Shown: one piece after another, positions 16,717 to 24,000 of the stretch
How the letters are laid out: every line of letters begins with the position of its first letter
How positions within the stretch are numbered: the stretch's first letter is position 1
Program-made: the position numbers and the translations under genes
The notes under the pieces: model-generated
Databases searched by the model: none
What the model saw: only the letters and a program-made list of their open reading frames with translations
What the model was told of the DNA's origin: nothing
Assembly: GCF_000819765.1 (NCBI RefSeq)
Contig: NZ_CDBT01000061.1
Coordinates: 61,648-85,647, forward strand
DNA length: 24,000 bases
DNA from: Aeromonas bivalvium
GTDB lineage: Bacteria > Pseudomonadota > Gammaproteobacteria > Enterobacterales > Aeromonadaceae
Direction of reading: 5' to 3'

Positions 16717-18528
16717 ATGACCGCACTCTCTCTGGCGGGGATCGCACTGATCTCTCTGCTGGCCCAATGGCTGGCCTGGGCCTTGCGGGTTCCCGCCATC
16801 CTGTTCCTGCTGCTCACCGGCCTGACCCTGGGTCCGGTGACCGGTGTGCTCAATCCGGATCTGCTGCTCGGCGACCTGCTGTTCCCCCTGGTCTCGCTGT
16901 CGGTGGCCATCATACTGTTCGAGGGAGCCCTGACCCTGCACCTGACCGAACTCAAGGGGATCGGCAAGGTGGTGCGCAATCTCTGCTCCATCGGCATGCT
17001 GACCAGCTTCGCCGTCATCGCCGCCGCCAGCTACTGGCTGCTGGGGCTGGACTGGCGGGTCGCCATGGTGCTCGGCGCCGTGCTGGTGGTGACTGGGCCG
17101 ACCGTGGTGGCCCCCATGCTCAACGTGATCCGCCCGACCCGGGAGGTGGACAAGATACTGCGCTGGGAGGGGATCGTCATCGACCCCATCGGCGCCCTGT
17201 TCGCGGTACTGGTGTTCGAGGCAGTGCGCCTCGGCAGCCAGGGCAACCTGATCAGCCACACCCTGCTGGCCCTGGCCAAGACGGTGGGGATAGGCACCCT
17301 GATCGGGGTGGCGGCCGGCTGGATCACCACCTTGCTCATTCGCAAGGACTGGCTGCCGGTCAGCCTGCACAAGTTCGGGGTGCTGGCCCTGGTGCTGGTC
17401 ACCTTCAGCCTCTCCAACTGGCTCAGCCACGAGTCCGGCCTGCTGGCGGTCACAGTGTTCGGCATCTGGCTCGCCAACCAGGATGGGCTGGATCTGGAGG
17501 AGGTGCTGGCCTTCAAAGAGGACCTTGCCGTCATCCTCATCTCTTCCCTCTTCATCCTGCTGGCGGCCCGCCTGGATCTGGCCCAGCTGTGGCAGCTCGG
17601 CCCCATGGTGTTGCTGTTGCTGTGCGTGGTGCAGTTCGTGGCACGCCCGCTCTGCATTCTGGTCTCGACCTGGGGCTCGGATCTGGGCTGGCAGGCCCGC
17701 GCCCTGCTCGCCTGGATAGCGCCGCGGGGCATAGTGGCGGCGGCGGTCAGCGCCTCCTTCGCCATCAGCCTGGGGGAAGCCGGGATCCCGGATGCGGGCA
17801 AGCTGGTACCCCTGGTGTTCGCCGTCATCATCTCCACCGTGGTGCTGCAGAGTCTCACCTCGGCTCCGTTGGCGGGCTTGCTGCGCATGCGCCAACCCAC
17901 TCCCAACACCTGGCTGCTGATCGGCGCCAACTCGGTGGCCCGGGCCGTCGGCAAGGCCCTGGCGGATCAGGGCGTCCCCGTCTATCTGTCGGATCCGGCC
18001 TGGGAAAACTGCAAGCTGGCCCGCATGAGCAACCTGCCCTGCTATTTCGGCAATCCGCAATCGGAACATGCCGAGCTGCACCTGCCCCTCACCAGCATCA
18101 GTACCGTGCTGGCACTCTCCCCGAGCCGCCACAACAACGCCCTCGGGGTGCTCCATTTCGCCCACCTGTACGGTGAAGAGAGGGTCTACTCCCTGCGTTC
18201 GAGCGATCAGCACGGCAAGGCAAACCGGGAGAGCGCCACCTTCCGCGCCCGCCAGCTGCTGTTTGGCGGGGACGTCAACTTCGCCCGCCTGAGCGGCCTG
18301 CTGGCCCGCGGGGGTCAGATCAAGGCGACCCGCCTCTCGGAGGCCTTCGACTGGTCTGCCTACCAGGAGGCCAACCCGGGGGCCATCCCCCTGTTCGTAC
18401 TGGATGCGAGACAGCAACCCAGGGTCGTCACCGGCCCCATACAGCCGGGAGCCGGGGAGCTGGTCGTGGCACTGCAACCGGCCAGGGAGAGTACAAACCG
18501 GGGCGAGCCTGGCCCTGGCAAGGACTAG
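16717..18528 (+). CDS. CPA1-family cation(Na+/K+):proton antiporter with a C-terminal cytoplasmic RCK/TrkA-N-like extension
   Basis: The 603-aa ORF has roughly 400 aa of polytopic hydrophobic core typical of Na_H_exchanger proteins (LFEGALTL, GPTVVAPML). A soluble tail starts around LLIGANSVARAVGKALADQG. GAGG lies 7 nt upstream of the ATG. Confidence 0.8.
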   Translation: MTALSLAGIALISLLAQWLAWALRVPAILFLLLTGLTLGPVTGVLNPDLLLGDLLFPLVSLSVAIILFEGALTLHLTELKGIGKVVRNLCSIGMLTSFAVIAAASYWLLGLDWRVAMVLGAVLVVTGPTVVAPMLNVIRPTREVDKILRWEGIVIDPIGALFAVLVFEAVRLGSQGNLISHTLLALAKTVGIGTLIGVAAGWITTLLIRKDWLPVSLHKFGVLALVLVTFSLSNWLSHESGLLAVTVFGIWLANQDGLDLEEVLAFKEDLAVILISSLFILLAARLDLAQLWQLGPMVLLLLCVVQFVARPLCILVSTWGSDLGWQARALLAWIAPRGIVAAAVSASFAISLGEAGIPDAGKLVPLVFAVIISTVVLQSLTSAPLAGLLRMRQPTPNTWLLIGANSVARAVGKALADQGVPVYLSDPAWENCKLARMSNLPCYFGNPQSEHAELHLPLTSISTVLALSPSRHNNALGVLHFAHLYGEERVYSLRSSDQHGKANRESATFRARQLLFGGDVNFARLSGLLARGGQIKATRLSEAFDWSAYQEANPGAIPLFVLDARQQPRVVTGPIQPGAGELVVALQPARESTNRGEPGPGKD

Positions 18529-18564
18529 ACTTGTCATTGAACCGCTTCATCAGAGGAGGCAAGC

Positions 18565-18813
18565 ATGACAGTCAACGAGCTACGCCAGCTCTATCGCCAG
18601 CAGGGCATACACGAGGCCGAAATCATCCATGATGCCGTGCTGCCGGGCTGGACCGTCGAGTTTCGCGGGGAGGGAGGGCGCCTGTTCGAGCTGACCGACA
18701 GCTTCGGCCTGCCCCTCAGCTTCGGCACGGTGGAAGAGGCGCGCGAGCACATCCACAAGGTGGCCGACTGCCCGATCCAGGTCGAGCACCTCTACCACTT
18801 CTTCGAACGCTGA
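18565..18813 (+). CDS. Hypothetical small protein (82 aa)
   Basis: A strong RBS, GAGGAGG, precedes the ATG. Third codon positions are GC-rich like neighbouring genes. It lies 36 nt after the antiporter stop and just before a strong terminator. I recognise no family. Confidence 0.6.
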   Translation: MTVNELRQLYRQQGIHEAEIIHDAVLPGWTVEFRGEGGRLFELTDSFGLPLSFGTVEEAREHIHKVADCPIQVEHLYHFFER

Positions 18814-18828
18814 CTCCCCCAGCAAGCA

Positions 18829-18857
18829 AGACCCCGCCGAGGCGGGGTCTTTTTTTG
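18829..18857. terminator. Intrinsic terminator between the convergent small ORF and the MscS-like gene
   Basis: The hairpin agaccccg-ccgagg-cggggtct is followed by T7 on the plus strand. Confidence 0.85.
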
Positions 18858-18873
18858 GCCCATGCTGGTCGCC

Positions 18874-19392
18874 TTACTCCGGCTGGCTCGGCACCTGGGG
18901 GGGCGATTCCAGCCGGCGCACGGGTTTTTGCAGGATCAGGTTGGCCGGGTAGGTGACCAGGTCGCCATTGTCGTCGCGCACCCTCAGATAGAAGAGGCCA
19001 ATCTCGGTGATGACCCCGGTGACGGAGTCATCCTTGTCGAGGATGCGGATCCGGTCGCCGATCCGGTAGGGGAAGGCGAAGAAGATGGTGATGCTGGCGG
19101 TGATGTTGGAGAGGATCGACCACTGGGCCACCATGGCGACCCCGAGCACGGCGAAGAAGGAGGAGGCAAGCACCACCAGCCGGGAGAAGTCGAGACCCCA
19201 CACCCCGGCCAGGATCAGCAGGGTGGCGCTGCCGAGCAGGAAATGGAACACATGCTCCACATAGAGCACCCGATTCTCGCTGACCTGCTTGTGGCGCCCC
19301 AGGGCCAGCAGGCTGCGCCTGATGATCCGCCTGATGATGCCATGGCCCAGCAGCACCAGCAGGGTCAGTCCGAACGATTGCCACAGGGTCAT
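18874..19392 (-). CDS. Small MscS-family mechanosensitive channel-like protein (TM domain plus beta domain only)
   Basis: It has three predicted TM helices. The last resembles pore helix TM3 of MscS (GVAMVAQWSILSNITASITIFFAFPY). It is followed by the SH3-like beta domain (RIGDRIRILDKDDSVTGVITEIGLFYLRVRDDNGDLVTYPANLI). The ATG at 19392 lies 2 nt after the zntB stop; an in-frame GTG at 19401 (the track start) would overlap zntB by 7 nt. Confidence 0.8.
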   Translation of the reverse strand: MTLWQSFGLTLLVLLGHGIIRRIIRRSLLALGRHKQVSENRVLYVEHVFHFLLGSATLLILAGVWGLDFSRLVVLASSFFAVLGVAMVAQWSILSNITASITIFFAFPYRIGDRIRILDKDDSVTGVITEIGLFYLRVRDDNGDLVTYPANLILQKPVRRLESPPQVPSQPE

Positions 19393-19394
19393 GG

Positions 19395-20360
19395 TCACCA
19401 CCAGCGTCTGTGTTTGAGCCAGAGGGCCAGTCCCAGCGCCAGGCCACCCAGGCTGACACAGAACACCCAGAAGGCGGCAGGGCTCTCGGCACCCGGGATG
19501 CCCCCCAGATTGATGCCGAACAGGCCGGTCAGGAAGCTGGCGGGAAGGAACAGCAACGCCATCACCGACATCTGGTAGGCGCGGCGGTTGGTCGCCTCGG
19601 CCACCATGTTGTTGACCTCGTCCGCCAGCACGGCGGTGCGCGCCACCCCGGCATCCAGATCGTCGAGCCAGCGCCGCAGGCGGTCGGCGATGTCCAGCAG
19701 GCGGCGCCTGTCATCCTCGTCGAACCAGCCGATCTTCTCGCTGGCGAGGCGGGCGATGAGATCCCGCTGGGGAGAGAGGTAGCGGCGGATCATGATCAGC
19801 TGCTTGCGAATGCGTGCCAGGCGGCCCATGGTCGGCAGCTCCCGCTCCAGCACCTGCTCCTCTATGGTCAGGATCTGATCGTGCAGCTCCTCGACGAACT
19901 CCCCCGCCCTGTCGGTCAGGGCGTCGCAGATCTCCACCAGCCAGTCCGCCGGATTGTCGGGCCCGGCCCCCAGCCGCAACTGCTCGAAGACATCTTTTTC
20001 CGACAGCAGGGGGCGACGACGACTGCTGATGATGAGGTCCGGGGTGATGAAGATACGCAGGGCCACCATCTCTTCGGGCCTGTGGTCCTGGTTGTGATTG
20101 ATGCCGCGCAGGATCAGCAGCACCGTCTCTCCCATGCGTACCAGCTTGGGGCGGTTGCTCTGACCGAGCAGGGCTTCCCGGGCCGCCTCCCCCAGCAGGG
20201 GAGTCTGCAACAGCCAGCGGGCCGCCTCGGGATTGCCGTAATCCAGATGCAGCCAGCTCGGCTGACTCCCGGGCAGCTGCGCACCGGCCCCGAGGGGCTG
20301 CATGCCCCCCTTGCCGTCCAGACTCAGACCATAGATAAGCTCACTGGGTACCCGATCCAC
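19395..20360 (-). CDS. zntB: CorA-family zinc transporter ZntB
   Basis: It is colinear with remembered E. coli ZntB (WLHLxY, CDALTD, LRKQLIxxRRYxxPQRDxxARLASE, DIADRL), with the signature FLTGLFGINLGGIPG near the C-terminus. The GTG start at 20360 is preceded by GGAGG. Confidence 0.92.
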   Translation of the reverse strand: MDRVPSELIYGLSLDGKGGMQPLGAGAQLPGSQPSWLHLDYGNPEAARWLLQTPLLGEAAREALLGQSNRPKLVRMGETVLLILRGINHNQDHRPEEMVALRIFITPDLIISSRRRPLLSEKDVFEQLRLGAGPDNPADWLVEICDALTDRAGEFVEELHDQILTIEEQVLERELPTMGRLARIRKQLIMIRRYLSPQRDLIARLASEKIGWFDEDDRRRLLDIADRLRRWLDDLDAGVARTAVLADEVNNMVAEATNRRAYQMSVMALLFLPASFLTGLFGINLGGIPGAESPAAFWVFCVSLGGLALGLALWLKHRRWW

Positions 20361-20454
20361 GCCACCTCCCCCTTGATTGATGATATGCCTCGGCGGGGCC
20401 GGGGCAGCAGTCGCCCAGCTTACACCAAAGCCGGGACCGTCTCAGCTCTGGCCG

Positions 20455-20468
20455 TGGTAAGATGCGCC
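20455..20468 (+). promoter_or_regulatory. Candidate extended -10 promoter core upstream of yaiI (copy 1 of a shared 14-mer)
   Basis: TGGTAAGATGCGCC starts 39 nt before the yaiI ATG. It reads as TGn + TAAGAT followed by a GC-rich discriminator. Confidence 0.35.
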
Positions 20469-20493
20469 CTCATCACAGCCTGGAGATACCACC

Positions 20494-20946
20494 ATGCCCA
20501 TCTGGGTCGACGCCGACGCCTGCCCCATTCCGGTCAAGGAGATCCTCTACCGTGCCGCCCACCGTGCCCGGGTCGTCACCACGCTGGTGGCCAATCAGGG
20601 GCTGAGAGTGCCCCCCTCCCCCTTCATCAAGACCCAGCAGGTAGCGAAGGGATTCGACGTGGCGGATCACGTCATCGCCCAGCAGGTCACACCGGGTGAT
20701 CTGGTGATCACGGGGGACATTCCCCTCGCCTCCTGGGTCATAGACGCCGGCGGCGAGGCCCTCAATCCCCGCGGCGAGATCTACACCCGGGAGACCATCC
20801 AGGCCCGGCTCGGCATGCGCAACTTCATGGAAGAGCTGCGCTCGGCCGGGGTACAGACCGGCGGCCCGCCCCCCTTCAACGCCGCCGACAAGCAGCGCTT
20901 CGCCAATGCGCTGGACAAGTGGCTGCTCAAGGGCAAGTTGAGCTGA
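20494..20946 (+). CDS. yaiI: YaiI/YqxD-family protein (UPF0178)
   Basis: The 150-aa ORF begins [11 protein letters not shown] and contains VANQ and [11 protein letters not shown], characteristic of the family as I remember it. Confidence 0.85.
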   Translation: MPIWVDADACPIPVKEILYRAAHRARVVTTLVANQGLRVPPSPFIKTQQVAKGFDVADHVIAQQVTPGDLVITGDIPLASWVIDAGGEALNPRGEIYTRETIQARLGMRNFMEELRSAGVQTGGPPPFNAADKQRFANALDKWLLKGKLS

Positions 20947-21024
20947 CGCCCAGACCCTTCATTCTTCCTTAAGTCTCGGCCCCTAACCTTGTCGCTGTTC
21001 CATCCCGATCAGCAAGGAAGAATC

Positions 21025-21585
21025 ATGACAACGACATCGGAAGTGAGAGTCTGGGATCCCCTCGTCCGAGGGTTTCACTGGATCACGGTGATCCTCTGCC
21101 TGCTCAACTTCTTCGTCTTCGAAGAGGGCGGCAGCAACCACAGGTATGTCGGCTATGGCCTGGCCGCCCTGCTGTCGTTTCGACTGCTGTGGGGGTTGGT
21201 GGGATCTTACTACGCCCGGTTTGCCCAGTGGTGGCCGACGCCAGACAGGATCCGCAACTATCTGGGACAACTGTCCCGGGGCCACCATCCTTACTATCTG
21301 GGTCACAACCCCCTGGGGGCATTGATGATCTGGTTGCTGCTGCTGTCGCTGGCCGGCACGGTCGCGACCGGCTGGCTCATCACCTTGGCGCCTTTCAAAG
21401 GAGCAGAGTGGATGGAGGAGGCCCACGAGATCCTCGCCAATACCCTGATGGCCGCCACCGGCATACACGGGGCCGTGGTGCTCCTGACCGACAGGCTCAC
21501 CCGCAGCGATCTGCTGCGTGCCATGGTGCGGGGGAGAAAGCGGGTGCCCACGGGGATCAAGGTGGAAGATCCGCGCAGCGAATGA
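21025..21585 (+). CDS. Cytochrome b561-family / Ni-Fe hydrogenase b-type cytochrome-like membrane protein
   Basis: It has four TM helices with conserved His residues (RGFHWITV, GHNPLGAL, HEILANTLMAATGIHG), typical of PF01292-type di-haem cytochrome b. The ATG at 21025 has an AAGGAAG RBS; the track ORF opens at a TTG at 20989. Confidence 0.75.
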   Translation: MTTTSEVRVWDPLVRGFHWITVILCLLNFFVFEEGGSNHRYVGYGLAALLSFRLLWGLVGSYYARFAQWWPTPDRIRNYLGQLSRGHHPYYLGHNPLGALMIWLLLLSLAGTVATGWLITLAPFKGAEWMEEAHEILANTLMAATGIHGAVVLLTDRLTRSDLLRAMVRGRKRVPTGIKVEDPRSE

Positions 21586-21632
21586 CAGGGTCGGCCCTCG
21601 GCCCCGATTTTTGCTGCAATGGCTCGTGACAC

Positions 21633-21646
21633 TGGTAAGATGCGCC
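21633..21646 (+). promoter_or_regulatory. Candidate extended -10 promoter core upstream of the ydjM-like gene (copy 2 of the shared 14-mer)
   Basis: An identical TGGTAAGATGCGCC again starts exactly 39 nt before the ATG at 21672. Confidence 0.35.
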
Positions 21647-21671
21647 GCCATTTCCCCATGCCGTAGCCACC

Positions 21672-22163
21672 ATGACCGCCCAAGGGCATCTACTGTTTTC
21701 TGTCACCTGCGCCCTGCTGGCCCACAAGTTGCCACTCACCCCAGCCCTGGCCGATGCCAATCTCGGCCAGACCATGCTGGCTGCCCTGGCCACCTCCCTG
21801 CTGCCGGATCTCGATCACCCCAAATCGGTGCTGGGGCAGAAGGTACGCTGGATCTCTGTGCCCCTCTCCCGCCTGTTTGGCCACAGGGGATTCACCCACA
21901 GCCTGCTGGCCGTCGCGCTCTGCGCCTGGGGGCTGGGCAGCAATGTCATGACCGACCTGATGCCCGTCGCGGTCAAGGATGCCCTGATCCTGGGCTACCT
22001 GAGTCATCTGCTGGGGGACTGGCTCACCCCCGCAGGCATACCGCTGCTCTGGCCCATCAAGCAGCGCTTTCGCCTGCCCGGCTGGCCCCTGCGCAGTGGT
22101 GGCGCCATGGAGACAGGTTTTTGCACCCTGAGCCTGCTGATCGCGGGTTACTGGGCTTACTGA
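21672..22163 (+). CDS. YdjM-family membrane-bound metal-dependent hydrolase (DUF457)
   Basis: The 163-aa ORF has MTAQGHLLFS, LLPDLDHPKS, GHRGFTHSL and HLLGDWLTPAGIPLLWP, the His/Asp-rich motifs of the YdjM/DUF457 family. Confidence 0.8.
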   Translation: MTAQGHLLFSVTCALLAHKLPLTPALADANLGQTMLAALATSLLPDLDHPKSVLGQKVRWISVPLSRLFGHRGFTHSLLAVALCAWGLGSNVMTDLMPVAVKDALILGYLSHLLGDWLTPAGIPLLWPIKQRFRLPGWPLRSGGAMETGFCTLSLLIAGYWAY

Positions 22164-22204
22164 CAAGGCGCCCCCTATTTCCCACCCTGCCCGACTGCCT
22201 GCCC

Positions 22205-22623
22205 CGGCCATAAAGGGACTCTATCAAAACCAATCATGATTTATTATTCCATGGGTAGCAGGCTTCCATAAAATCACTACTTTTTATTATGTCAATAGTG
22301 ATTGGACAGATATCTCCTACTCACCTAAACATATAAATCACCTGCATTAATATAAAAATCAATAACGGTATATTGATAAAGGGAGGACTTATGTAAATAG
22401 GGGTAGAACGGCAAAGCCTTATCACAAGTAAGGGCTAGCATCAGACTGAATGCCCTTTCAAGAGGTGAGCACCTCGGCAAGGCAAGCTTGAGTCGTCATT
22501 TCAATAAACATAAACGACATAGCCACCATTAATTAAAGAGGATGGTTACGGGATATTTTTGCCCGAAAAAAATGCGCACTCATATTGAATCGTTCTGATT
22601 TATTAATGACAAGGAGAAATACC
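22205..22623. other. AT-rich intergenic island, presumed promoter and leader of the downstream Big_2 lipoprotein gene
   Basis: G+C drops abruptly, by eye to roughly one third, against a background that is by eye above 60%. The island contains an 8-bp perfect inverted repeat aatcacta (22272-22279) / tagtgatt (22296-22303) and an AAGGAG RBS at 22611-22616. Confidence 0.6.
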
Positions 22624-24000
22624 ATGAGCAGGATGCTTAATATCTTACTCCCATTTCTTTTCACACTCACCTTGTATGCCTGCGGCGGCGGTGGAGGAGG
22701 GGGAGGCGACGATGGCAGCCCCCCAAGTCCAACCTCAGCCAAGACATTGAGCAGCCTCCAGATCACCGCCGATGACACCGGAGCCGGGGCCCGCGGGGCC
22801 GTGGATCCCCAGGTGCCCATCGGCATCAACAGCCAGTATCAGGCCATCGGGACCTACAGCGATGGCACCACGGCGGATCTCACCAAAGAGGTGACCTGGG
22901 CCAGTTCAGACACCTCCATCGTGACGGTCGATGAGGCCGGGATGGCCAAGACCCACAATCTGGGACAGGCGATCATCTCGGCCAGTCATCAGGGCAAGAC
23001 CAGCAATGCGTCCAGGTTCCAGGTGACCAATGCCATCGTCACCCGGATCCAGATCAGCACCTCCCCTCCCACCCTGGCCAAGGGGCTCAAGCAGCAGCTC
23101 ACCGCCAGGGCCACCTTCTCGGATGGCAGCGTCAAGGATGTCTCGTCCCAGGCCAGCTGGAGCAGCAACAAACCCGAGGTGCTCACTGTCGACAACAAGG
23201 GCGAAGCGACAGGCAAGGCCGTCGGCGTCGCCACCGTCATCGCCAGATTGCAGGAGGTGAGCGGGCAGATTGGCATCTCGGTCACCAATGCCACCATCAG
23301 CCAGATCCAGATCCTCCCCTCGTCCCTGACCCTGGCCAAGGGCATGAACGGCCAGCTGGTCGCCATTGCCCAGCTCAGCGATCAGACCACTCAGGACGTT
23401 TCCAACCAGGTCGCCTGGCTCAGCAGCGCCACCAACGTTGCCACCATCAGCAATCTGGGGGTCGTCAGTGCGCTGACCCCAGGAGCCAGCACTCTCTCGG
23501 CCAGCCTGCTGGGGGTCACGAGCAGCATCAGCCTGACCGTCACCAATGCCACCCTCAATAGCGGCGGCCTGACCATTACCACCCCACCCCTGACCCTGGC
23601 CGCCGGCCTGACGGCCCAGCTCGTCGCCACGGGCAACTACAGCGATGGCAGCACGGTGGACGTCACCGCCAGCGTCAGCTGGACCAGCAGTGATCCCCTC
23701 GTTGCCAGCGTGAGCCTGACCGGTCTGGTCAGCGCCGTCGCCCCCGGCACAGCCACCATCACAGGCACCCTGGACGGCGAGAGCACCAGCCTCCAGGTCA
23801 CTGTCACCAATGCCACACTCAATGCGGGCGGGCTCACCATCACGGTTCCCCCTCTGACCCTGGCCGTCGGTCTGACCGGACAACTCAGCGCCAACGGCAG
23901 CTACAGCGACGGCAGCAGCCGGGATGTCAGCGCCGATGTCAGCTGGAGCAGCGACGATCCGTCCGTCGCCACTGTCAGTGCCACCGGTCTGGTCACCGCC
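22624..24000 (+). CDS. Surface lipoprotein with tandem bacterial Ig-like (Big_2) domains; 3' end beyond the window
   Basis: This gene is not in the supplied track. My hand translation from ATG 22624 (AAGGAG 7 nt upstream) gives 459 codons with no stop up to the window end. It reads MSRMLNILLPFLFTLTLYAC (signal peptide plus lipobox Cys20), then a G8 linker, DDGSPPSPTS, and then 86-96-aa modules. The modules have the Big_2 pattern (...G.t.qL.A.g.ySDGs..DVt..v.W.SSd..vAtV...GlV.A...G.AtIta...g.s....VtVTNA). Confidence 0.88.
   Translation, partial: MSRMLNILLPFLFTLTLYACGGGGGGGGDDGSPPSPTSAKTLSSLQITADDTGAGARGAVDPQVPIGINSQYQAIGTYSDGTTADLTKEVTWASSDTSIVTVDEAGMAKTHNLGQAIISASHQGKTSNASRFQVTNAIVTRIQISTSPPTLAKGLKQQLTARATFSDGSVKDVSSQASWSSNKPEVLTVDNKGEATGKAVGVATVIARLQEVSGQIGISVTNATISQIQILPSSLTLAKGMNGQLVAIAQLSDQTTQDVSNQVAWLSSATNVATISNLGVVSALTPGASTLSASLLGVTSSISLTVTNATLNSGGLTITTPPLTLAAGLTAQLVATGNYSDGSTVDVTASVSWTSSDPLVASVSLTGLVSAVAPGTATITGTLDGESTSLQVTVTNATLNAGGLTITVPPLTLAVGLTGQLSANGSYSDGSSRDVSADVSWSSDDPSVATVSATGLVTA
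22747..24000 (+). repeat. Tandem coding repeats (Big_2 modules; periods of about 288, 258, 258 and 264 nt, plus a partial fifth)
   Basis: The motif gt(g/c)accaatgcc (VTNA) recurs at 23023, 23281, 23539 and 23803. Modules 4 and 5 are visibly similar at the nucleotide level. Confidence 0.8.

Noticed and set aside
21586-21671. LexA (SOS) box upstream of the ydjM-like gene, because E. coli ydjM is LexA-regulated.
   Set aside because: No CTG-N10-CAG motif is present in the upstream region.
22395-22440. Possible c-di-GMP-I (GEMM-I) riboswitch upstream of the adhesin-like gene, prompted by acGGCAAAGCC, which resembles the conserved ACGCAAAGCC.
   Set aside because: The match has an insertion. The upstream GGCAAAC / GNRA-tetraloop hairpin and the P2 helix of the remembered Vc2 architecture are not present. 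This would need cmscan to revisit.
22533-22829. 98-aa minus-strand ORF spanning the AT-rich island and the lipoprotein start.
   Set aside because: It is antisense to the well-supported RBS, signal peptide and linker of the Big_2 gene. Its poly-Pro run is simply the complement of the poly-Gly linker.
1-24000. Search for CRISPR arrays, tRNA/rRNA genes, IS elements or transposases, integrases, phage genes, toxin-antitoxin pairs or defence-island signatures.
   Set aside because: None was seen on either strand. Apart from the Big_2 gene and its AT-rich spacer, every gene has a housekeeping or well-known regulatory identity and native-looking composition.

Overview
This is a high-GC gammaproteobacterial chromosome segment. 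It is almost certainly Aeromonas: the LuxR/LuxI pair closely matches AhyR/AhyI as I remember them, and most other proteins align near-colinearly with remembered E. coli orthologues. The window is mostly ordinary core genome. In order it carries: hslR (3' end), hslO, pckA, a GntR/FCD regulator with an M24 Xaa-Pro aminopeptidase, a GNAT acetyltransferase, slyB, argO(-), ahyR(-), ahyI(+), argP(+), rnb, the mannitol PTS operon mtlA-mtlD-mtlR behind a long CRP-site-rich control region, a CPA1 cation/proton antiporter, an 82-aa unknown ORF, zntB(-) coupled to a mini MscS-like channel(-), yaiI, a cytochrome b561-family protein and a YdjM-like membrane hydrolase. It ends with a sharply AT-rich ~0.4 kb spacer and then an open-ended gene that is missing from the supplied ORF track because it runs off the window. 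That gene encodes a lipoprotein made of tandem bacterial Ig-like (Big_2) modules. I found no CRISPR array, tRNA/rRNA, transposase, integrase or recognisable defence or toxin system, and I cannot support a claim of a novel multi-gene system here. The points most worth a second look are: (i) the hidden Big_2 lipoprotein and its AT-rich upstream island; (ii) the nested-divergon layout argO<-(ahyR<- ->ahyI)->argP; (iii) the mtl control region; (iv) the zntB/mini-MscS pair; (v) an identical 14-mer at identical spacing upstream of yaiI and the ydjM-like gene. Many very long ORFs in the track (up to 724 aa) are antisense shadows typical of GC3-rich genomes and are rejected.
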